From the NCBI GenBank assembly GCA_041548245.1, contig JBFESZ010000034.1:1-19488 (forward strand): 19,488 nucleotides of DNA, given 5' to 3'. This document shows positions 1 to 7,533 of the stretch, piece by piece. Source of the stretch: Sulfurimonadaceae bacterium (lineage in GTDB: Bacteria > Campylobacterota > Campylobacteria > Campylobacterales > Sulfurimonadaceae). Made by a program: the position numbers and the translations under genes. Every line of letters starts with the position of its first letter. Position 1 is the stretch's first letter. Below the pieces are notes generated by a model. That model worked only from the letters and a program-made list of their open reading frames with translations, searched no databases and had not been told where the DNA came from.

Positions 1-147
1 ATTTACTGCCAATGATACTGATTGGATAATCTTCGCCACTTTTGCATCATCTCTTGTCGCACTTAGTTTTGGAATTGCTACTGCAGCTAAAATGCCTAAA
101 ATAACAATCACAAAAACAAGTTCTATCATAGTAAATGCATTTCTCAT
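1..147 (-). CDS. Type IV prepilin-like protein (N-terminal methylation domain), partial, runs off the window start
   Basis: Not in the ORF track. Reverse complement from ATG at 147 reads MRNA|FTMIELVFVIVILGILAAVAIPKLSATRDDAKVAKIIQSVSLAVN with no stop before base 1. Class III signal with Glu+5. AGGAG SD 7 nt upstream (155-159). Confidence 0.9.
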   Translation of the reverse strand, partial: MRNAFTMIELVFVIVILGILAAVAIPKLSATRDDAKVAKIIQSVSLAVN

Positions 148-174
148 AGGAGAACTCCTATACATTTCCATGTT

Positions 175-208
175 TTGATAAGTGCAGGGAACCCCTCCAC
201 TTTATCAA
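175..208 (-). terminator. Imperfect intergenic stem-loop just downstream of the pilin gene (terminator, attenuator or 3' stabiliser)
   Basis: Minus strand UUGAUAA(A)GUG(G)AGGG-GUU-CCCU(G)CAC-UUAUCAA begins 12 nt after the pilin stop. No clean U-tract, so function is uncertain. Confidence 0.5.
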
Positions 209-220
209 GCGACTAAAGGA

Positions 221-685
221 TCAGTCCCAGTTAACAGCAGAACCACCGAATGTATGTGTTACTGAACCACCGACACCACCGACAACTTTTCTCGCTGCAT
301 TTGCAATACCTTCACATACAGCAGTATCATTTGCACTATCATGAGCCACAGTAAAGTTACCATCTTTTGCACCATCTTCAGTCGTATTGATTTCAATACA
401 TGCTACACCATTAACATTGTATGTTACAAAACTGTCAGTACCGTTGAATTCTACATTGTTATCACTTGTATTGACATTTGTCATATCACTGATTTGTCCA
501 AAGTTACCCTGAGCCGTATAGTATGCACCAAAGTCTGATACCAACGTAGCGATCTCAGTCGCACCGCTTGCAATTTTCGCATCATCACGAGTCGCTGCAA
601 GTTTCGGAATAGCAACAGCTGCTAGAATACCTAGAATAACGATAACGAAGATCAATTCGATCATAGTAAAACCACTTCTTTTCAT
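221..685 (-). CDS. Type IV pilin / pseudopilin, likely major pilin
   Basis: MKRSG|FTMIELIFVIVILGILAAVAIPK: prepilin peptidase site G|F, Glu+5, Pro+22. Cys96/Cys124 pair in the head domain. Strong SD AAGGAG upstream. Confidence 0.92.
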   Translation of the reverse strand: MKRSGFTMIELIFVIVILGILAAVAIPKLAATRDDAKIASGATEIATLVSDFGAYYTAQGNFGQISDMTNVNTSDNNVEFNGTDSFVTYNVNGVACIEINTTEDGAKDGNFTVAHDSANDTAVCEGIANAARKVVGGVGGSVTHTFGGSAVNWD

Positions 686-816
686 GGTTTACTCCTTCTT
701 TTAAAATATAGATTACTCTAGTAACCTTAACAGCAGTGTATATCACATTTACTTATTTCTTACTGAAAACATTCCGTTACTATTGTTGTCTTTTTGTTAA
801 CTTTTGTGTGCTTTGA

Positions 817-1029
817 TCAGAGTTTTTTTAGGGTTCGTTCCAGCATCTGCTTGGACTCATAGAGCTCATAGTTCTTTTTAATATAGGCTTGCAATAGTGT
901 CTTGATGTCATTGTTGCCGTGAATATTAAAACTCTCATCCAACTCTTTTTCGATATACGAGGCAAAGCCGTCTTCCAGGTCAATATCAAAACGGCTTCCA
1001 TTTACGGTCAGTGTTATCTTTTTGCTCAA
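817..1029 (-). CDS. Small protein resembling cell division protein ZapA
   Basis: 70 aa, TTG start 3 nt after the upstream gene. N-terminal 'KITLTVNGSRFDI' matches the ZapA V-x-I-x-G-x-x-aromatic beta-hairpin pattern, followed by helices. Paired with a ZapB-like coiled coil. Confidence 0.6.
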   Translation of the reverse strand: MSKKITLTVNGSRFDIDLEDGFASYIEKELDESFNIHGNNDIKTLLQAYIKKNYELYESKQMLERTLKKL

Positions 1030-1032
1030 TCT

Positions 1033-1254
1033 TTATCCTAAAGCCAGTTCGATCTTTTTGACGATCTCTTCTATTTCAATGTCTTTTAGCGCATTTTCTT
1101 CTTCAAGTCTCTTGATCTGTGCATCTTTCGCTTCGCTTTGTGCTTTGGCATTCATAACTTCATTACGAAGCGTTTCATTTTCATTTTTCATCTCGTTATA
1201 ACGACTCATCATCGCTTCAATCTTTTCATTCAACTGTTCAATCATATTTTGCAT
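1033..1254 (-). CDS. All-coiled-coil protein resembling ZapB (DUF904)
   Basis: 73 aa continuous heptad pattern (IEQLNEKIEAMMSRYNEMKNENETLRNE), similar to the ZapB 'L..KI...I.....L..E...L' pattern. Adjacent to a zapA-like gene. Confidence 0.65.
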   Translation of the reverse strand: MQNMIEQLNEKIEAMMSRYNEMKNENETLRNEVMNAKAQSEAKDAQIKRLEEENALKDIEIEEIVKKIELALG

Positions 1255-1276
1255 ATTTTGTTCATCTCTAATTTTT

Positions 1277-1282
1277 ATTATA
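1277..1282 (-). promoter_or_regulatory. Putative sigma70 -10 box for the zapB/zapA-like genes
   Basis: TATAAT on the minus strand 22 nt upstream of ATG 1254, in an AT-rich context. Confidence 0.5.
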
Positions 1283-1417
1283 ATTTTTTAATTTATGAGT
1301 ATCTTTGACTCTGCACATAATTCTAACACTATTTGCCTCAAAAGGCAACGCATATCATTTAAATCTCACTTGCTTTACTTGCAAACACTTTTTTCTTATA
1401 GCCGCCACCTGTTTAGC

Positions 1418-1423
1418 TATAAT
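1418..1423 (+). promoter_or_regulatory. Putative sigma70 -10 box for uvrB
   Basis: tttagcTATAAT ending 30 nt upstream of ATG 1454. Confidence 0.6.
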
Positions 1424-1453
1424 TACAAAAACTTAAAGACAAAGATATCGATT

Positions 1454-3427
1454 ATGGCAAAATTTGAACTTATTTCAAACTACCAACCTTCCGGTGACCA
1501 ACCTGAAGCAATTAAAGTCTTGACAAACAGCATTAAAGCCCATAATCGTTATCAGACCCTTGTCGGCGTTACAGGCAGTGGCAAGACCTATACCATGGCA
1601 CAAGTAATACAAACCTTGCAGATGCCAACGCTTATCATGACCCATAACAAAACCCTCGCAGCCCAACTCTATTCCGAGTTTAAAGGTTTCTTTCCAAACA
1701 ATCATGTCGAATATTTTATCTCCTATTATGATTATTATCAGCCCGAAGCCTACATCCCACGTCAGGACCTATTCATAGAAAAAGACTCTTCAATCAACGA
1801 AGAGCTCGAACGTTTGAGGCTTTCAGCCACGGCAAACCTTCTAAGCTATGATGATGTCATCTGTGTCGCTTCCGTATCGGCCAACTATGGTCTTGGTGAT
1901 CCGGAAGAGTATGTCAAGATGGTACAGGCTATTGAGATAGGTGACGAGATTAACCAGAAACAGTTGCTTTTACGCCTGGTAGAGATGGGATATACAAGGA
2001 ATGACAACTTTTTTGAGCGTGGAAACATCCGTGTCTTGGGAGATGTCATCGATGTCTTTCCTGCTTATCATGAAGATGAAGCCATACGTATCGAATTTTT
2101 TGGTGATGAAGTCGATGCGATTTACAGTATTGATGTGCTCGAGAACAAAAAGATAGAGAGCTTTAACAAAGTGACAATCTATGCGACCAGCCAGTTTGCT
2201 GTGGGAAACGAAAAGCTTGCACGCGCTATCAAACGCATAGAAAAAGAGTTGGATGAACGTCTAAACTACTTCTCCAAAGAGGAAAAAGCCGTTGAGTATC
2301 AACGCATCAAGCAGCGTACGGAGTTTGATCTGGAAATGCTTGAAGCGACAGGAATGTGTAAAGGGATTGAAAACTACTCCCGCCATCTTACAGATAAAAA
2401 ACCTGGCGAAGCACCCTATACGCTCCTTGACTACTTTGAACAGCGCCATAAAGAGTACCTTGTCATTGTTGATGAGTCCCATGTCTCACTTCCCCAGTTT
2501 CGCGGAATGTATGCAGGTGACCGCTCTCGCAAGGAAGTCTTGGTCGAGTATGGGTTCAGACTTCCATCAGCCCTGGACAACCGCCCTTTTACTTATGATG
2601 AGTTCATCAACAAAGCGCCTAATTATCTCTTTGTTTCAGCCACACCCAATGAAACTGAACTAGAGCTCTCTTCAGCCGTAGCCCATCAGATTATTCGACC
2701 TACGGGTCTGCTTGATCCTATCATTGATGTCAAGTCTTCTGACAACCAGGTTGAAGACTTATATGATGAGATCAAAAGAATCATTGCAAAAAATGAACGT
2801 GTCCTGGTAACAACTCTGACTAAAAAAATGTCAGAAGCTCTGACAAAATACCTTGCAGACTTAGGTATAAAAGTACAATACATGCATTCTGATATCGATG
2901 CCATTGAACGAAATCAGATTATTAGAGGTCTTCGTTTAGGAACTTTCGATGTCCTTATCGGGATCAATCTTCTTAGAGAAGGGCTTGACCTTCCCGAAGT
3001 GAGCCTCATAGCTATTTTAGATGCTGACAAAGAGGGATTCTTACGTTCAGAAACAGCACTTATACAGACCATGGGACGTGCTGCCAGAAATGCCGAAGGA
3101 AGAGTCATTTTGTATGCTAACAAGATAACAAACTCCATGAAAAAGGCTATGGAAACGACCATTGCTCGTCGAGAACTGCAAGAAAAATACAACAAAGAAC
3201 ACGGCATCATTCCCAGAACAGTGATCCGAAAGCTGGATCAGAACCTTAAAGAAGAAGATGTCGGTGAACTTTACAACAAAAGTAAAAAAGCCGAAAAGAT
3301 GCCTGCACGTGAACGTAAGAAACTCCTAGACGAGTTGAATGCAAAAATGAAGCAAGCTGCCAAGATGCTTGAGTTTGAAGAGGCTGCCCGATTAAGAGAC
3401 GAAATCGCTAAGATCAAAAAACTCTGA
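1454..3427 (+). CDS. uvrB: Excinuclease ABC subunit B
   Basis: Walker [29 protein letters not shown] beta-hairpin, [23 protein letters not shown] and C-terminal UVR motif ([11 protein letters not shown]). Start moved from 1295 to 1454 (MAKFEL..., 657 aa) because a -10 box lies inside the longer ORF. Confidence 0.98.
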   Translation: MAKFELISNYQPSGDQPEAIKVLTNSIKAHNRYQTLVGVTGSGKTYTMAQVIQTLQMPTLIMTHNKTLAAQLYSEFKGFFPNNHVEYFISYYDYYQPEAYIPRQDLFIEKDSSINEELERLRLSATANLLSYDDVICVASVSANYGLGDPEEYVKMVQAIEIGDEINQKQLLLRLVEMGYTRNDNFFERGNIRVLGDVIDVFPAYHEDEAIRIEFFGDEVDAIYSIDVLENKKIESFNKVTIYATSQFAVGNEKLARAIKRIEKELDERLNYFSKEEKAVEYQRIKQRTEFDLEMLEATGMCKGIENYSRHLTDKKPGEAPYTLLDYFEQRHKEYLVIVDESHVSLPQFRGMYAGDRSRKEVLVEYGFRLPSALDNRPFTYDEFINKAPNYLFVSATPNETELELSSAVAHQIIRPTGLLDPIIDVKSSDNQVEDLYDEIKRIIAKNERVLVTTLTKKMSEALTKYLADLGIKVQYMHSDIDAIERNQIIRGLRLGTFDVLIGINLLREGLDLPEVSLIAILDADKEGFLRSETALIQTMGRAARNAEGRVILYANKITNSMKKAMETTIARRELQEKYNKEHGIIPRTVIRKLDQNLKEEDVGELYNKSKKAEKMPARERKKLLDELNAKMKQAAKMLEFEEAARLRDEIAKIKKL

Positions 3428-3453
3428 TCACTAATGCCAGTGAAGTTATCTTT

Positions 3454-3462
3454 TGCTATAAT
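3454..3462 (+). promoter_or_regulatory. Extended -10 sigma70 promoter for the ppk1 operon
   Basis: Perfect TGCTATAAT preceded by aagttatcttt, typical of Campylobacterota promoters. Confidence 0.75.
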
Positions 3463-3510
3463 GTAATATTTTAAAATCATAAAAGCACTTCCAAATATTT
3501 TATATACCAG

Positions 3511-5619
3511 ATGGGAAAACTGATGATAAGCAACCTTAAAGATCCGAAACTTTATATAAACCGTGAGCTTTCATGGCTTCAATTCAATACCAGAGTACTC
3601 CATCAGGCACAAGATGAATCTTTGCCTCTACTTGAACGTCTGAAATTTTTAGCCATATACGGGACCAACCTTGACGAGTTTTATATGATCCGTGTTGCAG
3701 GACTGAAAAAGCTTTTTACAGCCGGTGTCATTGTCTCCGGTGCCGAACGTCTGACACCTTTACAACAGCTTCGTGAGATTCGAAAGTATCTGCATCAGGA
3801 AAAAGAGGTCGTCGAATACACGCTTATTCATATTTTCAAAGAGCTTGAAAAAGAAAATGTCTTTATCAAAGAGTACAAAAATGTCAATGCCAAAGAAAAA
3901 CGTGAACTTGATGAGTACTTTGCAAGCCATATCTACCCGGTTATCGTTCCCATTGCTGTAGATGCTACGCACCCGTTTCCTCACCTTAACAATCTCAGCT
4001 TCGGGGTTATCGTACAGCTTATTGACAATGATAATGATGAAGTACGCTACGGTATGGTACGTGTACCTCGTATGTTACCTCGTTTCATTGAGCTTAACAA
4101 CGGTACCTATGTACCTATTGAAACCCTTGTGGCCGAACATATCAGTGAACTTTTTCCAGGCTACACGCTCAACAAATACTCATCATTTCGTGTGACCAGA
4201 AATGCCGATATCACCATTGAAGAGGAAGAAGCAGACGACTTTATGGAGATTCTTGAAGAGGGTCTGCGTCTGCGTAAAAAAGGTGAGATGGTCCGACTTG
4301 AGCTGGGTGCAAATGCCGATGAGGACCTTATCAACTTCTTTAACCGACACACCAATGTTTTCAAAGAAGACATCTACTATTTCACGACCTGGTTGAATCT
4401 AGGAAGCCTCTGGCAGATCGTCTCCAATAAAAACCTGGCTCATCTCACCGTACCTGGATATAAACCAAGGAACCTTCCGCCATTTGATACGAACGAGAAC
4501 ATCTTTTCTGTCCTGGACAAACAGGACGTGGCCCTGTACCATCCTTATGAGAGTTTTGACCCTATTACAAAACTGATCCAACAAGCGGCTAAAGATCCTG
4601 ATGTCTTTGCTATTCGTATGACACTCTATCGTGCTGGTGCCAACTCTCCTATTGTTAATGCCCTTACTTCAGCAGCTGAATCCGGCAAGCAGGTCACTGT
4701 CATGGTTGAGCTAAAAGCTCGGTTTGATGAAGAGAACAACCTTATCTGGGCAAAACAACTTGAACAATCAGGTGCCCATGTTATTTTTGGGATCAGAGGC
4801 TTCAAGGTCCATGCCAAAGCTGCATTGGTCACCAGACGTGTGGGCGATACGCTCAAACAGTATGCGCATATCGGAACGGGCAACTACAATGCGACCACTG
4901 CCAAGATCTATACTGACATCTCCTATCTGACGTCGGATGAGACCATTACCAATGATGTTACCCGATTTTTCCATTTTTTAACGGGCTTTTCAAAAAAAGG
5001 CAAGCTCAACACTTTGTATATGGCGCCTACACAGATGAAACCAAAGATCTTGTCTATGATTCAAAATGAGATGAAGATGAAAGAGCAAGGTCACATCATC
5101 GTCAAAGTCAACTCCCTAGTTGATGAAGATGTCATTCGGGCACTTTATAAAGCTTCGCAGGCCGGTGTAAAGATAGAACTGATTGTCAGAGGTATCTGCT
5201 GTCTTCGTCCTGGGATCAAAGGTCTGAGTGAGAATATCCGCGTTGTCTCTATTATTGGAAAATATCTTGAACATGCACGTATCTTCTACTTTAAACATGC
5301 CACACCGAAGATATACATGTCAAGTGCCGACTGGATGCCTCGTAACCTTCTACGCCGGATTGAGCTTCTTACCGGGATCTCAGATGAACAGATCGCCGCA
5401 AAGCTATTACAGATCCTGCAACTGCAATGTAAAGACAATGTACTCGCTTATGAGTTAAAGAGTGACGGCGGGTATATCAAAGTGCCAACGGATAAAAACA
5501 TGGTCCTTAATAACCAAAAACTTATAGAGACCCACGCACAAAAGGTTCATAAAGCCTTCAAAAAAGAGACGCCTAATTATGTTCAGCAGCTCTCGACACG
5601 TCTGTTCAAGGAGAGTTGA
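3511..5619 (+). CDS. ppk1: Polyphosphate kinase 1
   Basis: YINRELSWLQFN, NLDEFYMIRVAGL, HPFPHL, HPYESF, ELKARFDEENN, KVHAK (phospho-His), GTGNYN, RGICCLRPG, SSADWMPRNL. The start may be ATG 3523 (GGA upstream). Confidence 0.98.
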   Translation: MGKLMISNLKDPKLYINRELSWLQFNTRVLHQAQDESLPLLERLKFLAIYGTNLDEFYMIRVAGLKKLFTAGVIVSGAERLTPLQQLREIRKYLHQEKEVVEYTLIHIFKELEKENVFIKEYKNVNAKEKRELDEYFASHIYPVIVPIAVDATHPFPHLNNLSFGVIVQLIDNDNDEVRYGMVRVPRMLPRFIELNNGTYVPIETLVAEHISELFPGYTLNKYSSFRVTRNADITIEEEEADDFMEILEEGLRLRKKGEMVRLELGANADEDLINFFNRHTNVFKEDIYYFTTWLNLGSLWQIVSNKNLAHLTVPGYKPRNLPPFDTNENIFSVLDKQDVALYHPYESFDPITKLIQQAAKDPDVFAIRMTLYRAGANSPIVNALTSAAESGKQVTVMVELKARFDEENNLIWAKQLEQSGAHVIFGIRGFKVHAKAALVTRRVGDTLKQYAHIGTGNYNATTAKIYTDISYLTSDETITNDVTRFFHFLTGFSKKGKLNTLYMAPTQMKPKILSMIQNEMKMKEQGHIIVKVNSLVDEDVIRALYKASQAGVKIELIVRGICCLRPGIKGLSENIRVVSIIGKYLEHARIFYFKHATPKIYMSSADWMPRNLLRRIELLTGISDEQIAAKLLQILQLQCKDNVLAYELKSDGGYIKVPTDKNMVLNNQKLIETHAQKVHKAFKKETPNYVQQLSTRLFKES

Positions 5620-5622
5620 GAT

Positions 5623-6153
5623 ATGATACACTCATTTAAACAATGGACCCCGACTCTAGGAAAACAGACCTGGATTGCTCCTTCATCAGACGTAGTGGGT
5701 AATGTCACATTGGGGAGTGACGTCTCAATCTGGTTTGGCTGCGTCGTACGCGGTGATGTACATTACATCACCATCGGCGATAGGACTAACATTCAAGACC
5801 TCTCTATGATTCATGTCACACATTACAAAAAAGAGGATATGAGTGATGGGAATCCAACTGTTATCGGCAATGATGTGACCGTTGGCCATCGTGTCATGCT
5901 GCATGGCTGTACTATAGAAGATGCCTGTCTGATCGGAATGAGTGCAACCATCTTGGATGGGGCAGTCATCGGTAAAGAGTCAATTGTGGGTGCCGGGGCA
6001 CTTGTGACGAAGAACAAGGTTTTTCCGCCTCGATCTTTGATTATGGGAAGTCCGGCCAAGGTCGTACGTGAACTCAGTGACGAAGAGGTCAAAGATCTCT
6101 ACGCATCGGCACAGCGCTACGTCGCATTTAAAGAAGACTACAGAATCGATTGA
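5623..6153 (+). CDS. Gamma-class carbonic anhydrase family protein (YrdA/CamH-like)
   Basis: Hexapeptide repeats, VVRGDV, TNIQD..IH, VTVGHRVMLHGC (three His metal ligands), GSPAKVVR. Confidence 0.93.
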   Translation: MIHSFKQWTPTLGKQTWIAPSSDVVGNVTLGSDVSIWFGCVVRGDVHYITIGDRTNIQDLSMIHVTHYKKEDMSDGNPTVIGNDVTVGHRVMLHGCTIEDACLIGMSATILDGAVIGKESIVGAGALVTKNKVFPPRSLIMGSPAKVVRELSDEEVKDLYASAQRYVAFKEDYRID

Positions 6154-6767
6154 TGGATATATTTTTTATAGCTGATATCATCGGTATTATTGCCTTCGCT
6201 ATAAGCGGCTATCTGGTTGCTGTACGAAACGGTCTTGATCTTTTGGGTGTTCTGATATCCTCTTTCCTTACAGCTCTAGGTGGTGGAATTGTCCGCGATG
6301 TGATCTTGGACACCACCCCTTTTACCTTTAGAGAATACTACCCTGCGACGACTGTACTGGTCGTATTGGCACTCTCTTTTATCTTCCAGCTGTATAAAAA
6401 AGAGGAGATAGAACGAAAACTCTTCTTTGTTATCTCGGACACTATCGGTCTTGTTGCCTTTAGTATAACCGGGGCTTTACTCGCTTTGGACGCTCATTTC
6501 AATGTCTTTGGTGTCATTATTTTAAGTTTTCTTACGGCTGTCGGCGGAGGTTTAACACGTGATATCTTGATTAATAAAGTCCCCGCTGTATTAATTAGTG
6601 ATTTCTACGGTTCCATTGCTTTACTCATCGCACTTTTATTAGTGATATGTCAACAATTTGATTTTGTCAATGAGATCTCCATTTTTGCCATAGCAATATT
6701 CGCTATGTCCATACGTTTAATCGCTTATTTCAAGGGTTGGAGACTTCCAAAAACAGGTCAGGGTTAA
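6153..6767 (+). CDS. TRIC / UPF0126 (YadS-like) inner membrane protein
   Basis: Two internal repeats (AFAISG...TALGGGIVRD and DTIGLVAF...TAVGGGLTRD), about 7 hydrophobic segments. ATG 6153 overlaps the upstream TGA (TGATG). Confidence 0.92.
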   Translation: MDIFFIADIIGIIAFAISGYLVAVRNGLDLLGVLISSFLTALGGGIVRDVILDTTPFTFREYYPATTVLVVLALSFIFQLYKKEEIERKLFFVISDTIGLVAFSITGALLALDAHFNVFGVIILSFLTAVGGGLTRDILINKVPAVLISDFYGSIALLIALLLVICQQFDFVNEISIFAIAIFAMSIRLIAYFKGWRLPKTGQG

Positions 6768-7533
6768 CTGGTTCGCCATTGAGATAGACACTCCAATGCA
6801 GGTGAGGTCCAGTCACCCTTCCTGTCGAACCAACTTCTGCAATATATTCGCCCTGTTTTACCCATGTGTCATGAGGTATATATATTTTGGATAGATGCGA
6901 ATAGGCTGTCATCAGCCCCCCTCCATGATCGATTAAGACCATCTTACCATTATAAAAAAGTTCTCCCAGCACAAGAAGTGTACCTGCCAAGGGTGCTTTA
7001 ATCTTATCACCGATCTTTCCTGAAAGGTCAATGCCTGCATGTGGATTTTTTGCAACTCCGTTAAAGAAACGTCTGCGCCCAAAGTCGTGACGAAGAACAG
7101 ACTCTAAAGGTCTTATCATCTTCAGATCTTGTACATATACCTGGGTATGACGTGTAAAGTTTTCCTTTTTGATGACACTTTCACGTTTAATACGTTCAAG
7201 TGTTTCTTGAGAAGCTTTTACAAACTCTTTATTCTTTACACGCAGATGTTGCTGTTCATATTCAGGAGAACTTAGGGGTATAAGATGCACTTGCAGCATT
7301 TTAGACGTTTGAGAGACAACGCGAAGTGTTTCAGGAGCTTTATACAGCGACAAAGGCAATAATACCATCCAGTCCTTTTCACGTTTTTGACAAAACACCT
7401 CTACTTTTTTATTATCGATGAAGATGTCTGGTCTTTCATTAAAATAAAGTTTGGCGATTCCCCCGGGTGAAAGCTGTTCCCTGGGGAAAGCAAAAAGGTT
7501 GATACAAAATAAGAAAAAAAGGATGGCTCTCAT
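6730..7533 (-). CDS. M23 family metallopeptidase (peptidoglycan endopeptidase) with signal peptide
   Basis: HAGID (HxxxD), YSHL and GPHLHW (HxH) zinc motifs. N-terminal signal peptide MRAILFFLFCINLFA. Start overlaps the argJ stop (TAATG). Confidence 0.93.
   Translation of the reverse strand: MRAILFFLFCINLFAFPREQLSPGGIAKLYFNERPDIFIDNKKVEVFCQKREKDWMVLLPLSLYKAPETLRVVSQTSKMLQVHLIPLSSPEYEQQHLRVKNKEFVKASQETLERIKRESVIKKENFTRHTQVYVQDLKMIRPLESVLRHDFGRRRFFNGVAKNPHAGIDLSGKIGDKIKAPLAGTLLVLGELFYNGKMVLIDHGGGLMTAYSHLSKIYIPHDTWVKQGEYIAEVGSTGRVTGPHLHWSVYLNGEPVNPDLFLEVSNP

Noticed and set aside
221-685. Electrically conductive (Geobacter-type short) pilin
   Set aside because: It is a full-length pilin with a globular head and long aromatic-free stretches, so nothing supports this.
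686-816. 6S RNA downstream of the zapA-like gene, as in many proteobacteria
   Set aside because: The gap is only 131 nt, must hold the pilin SD and probably its promoter, and shows no long rod-like self-complementarity.
1243-1265. 9-bp tandem repeat CATATTTTG x2 and a 7-codon out-of-frame uORF at the zapB-like start
   Set aside because: Only two copies in very AT-rich sequence. It just offers two in-frame starts, with no support for regulation.
1295-1453. 53-aa N-terminal extension of UvrB in the ORF track
   Set aside because: It does not resemble UvrB and contains a TATAAT box. ATG 1454 gives a normal-length protein.
1295-1453. LexA/SOS box upstream of uvrB
   Set aside because: No CTG-N10-CAG or other convincing palindrome was found.
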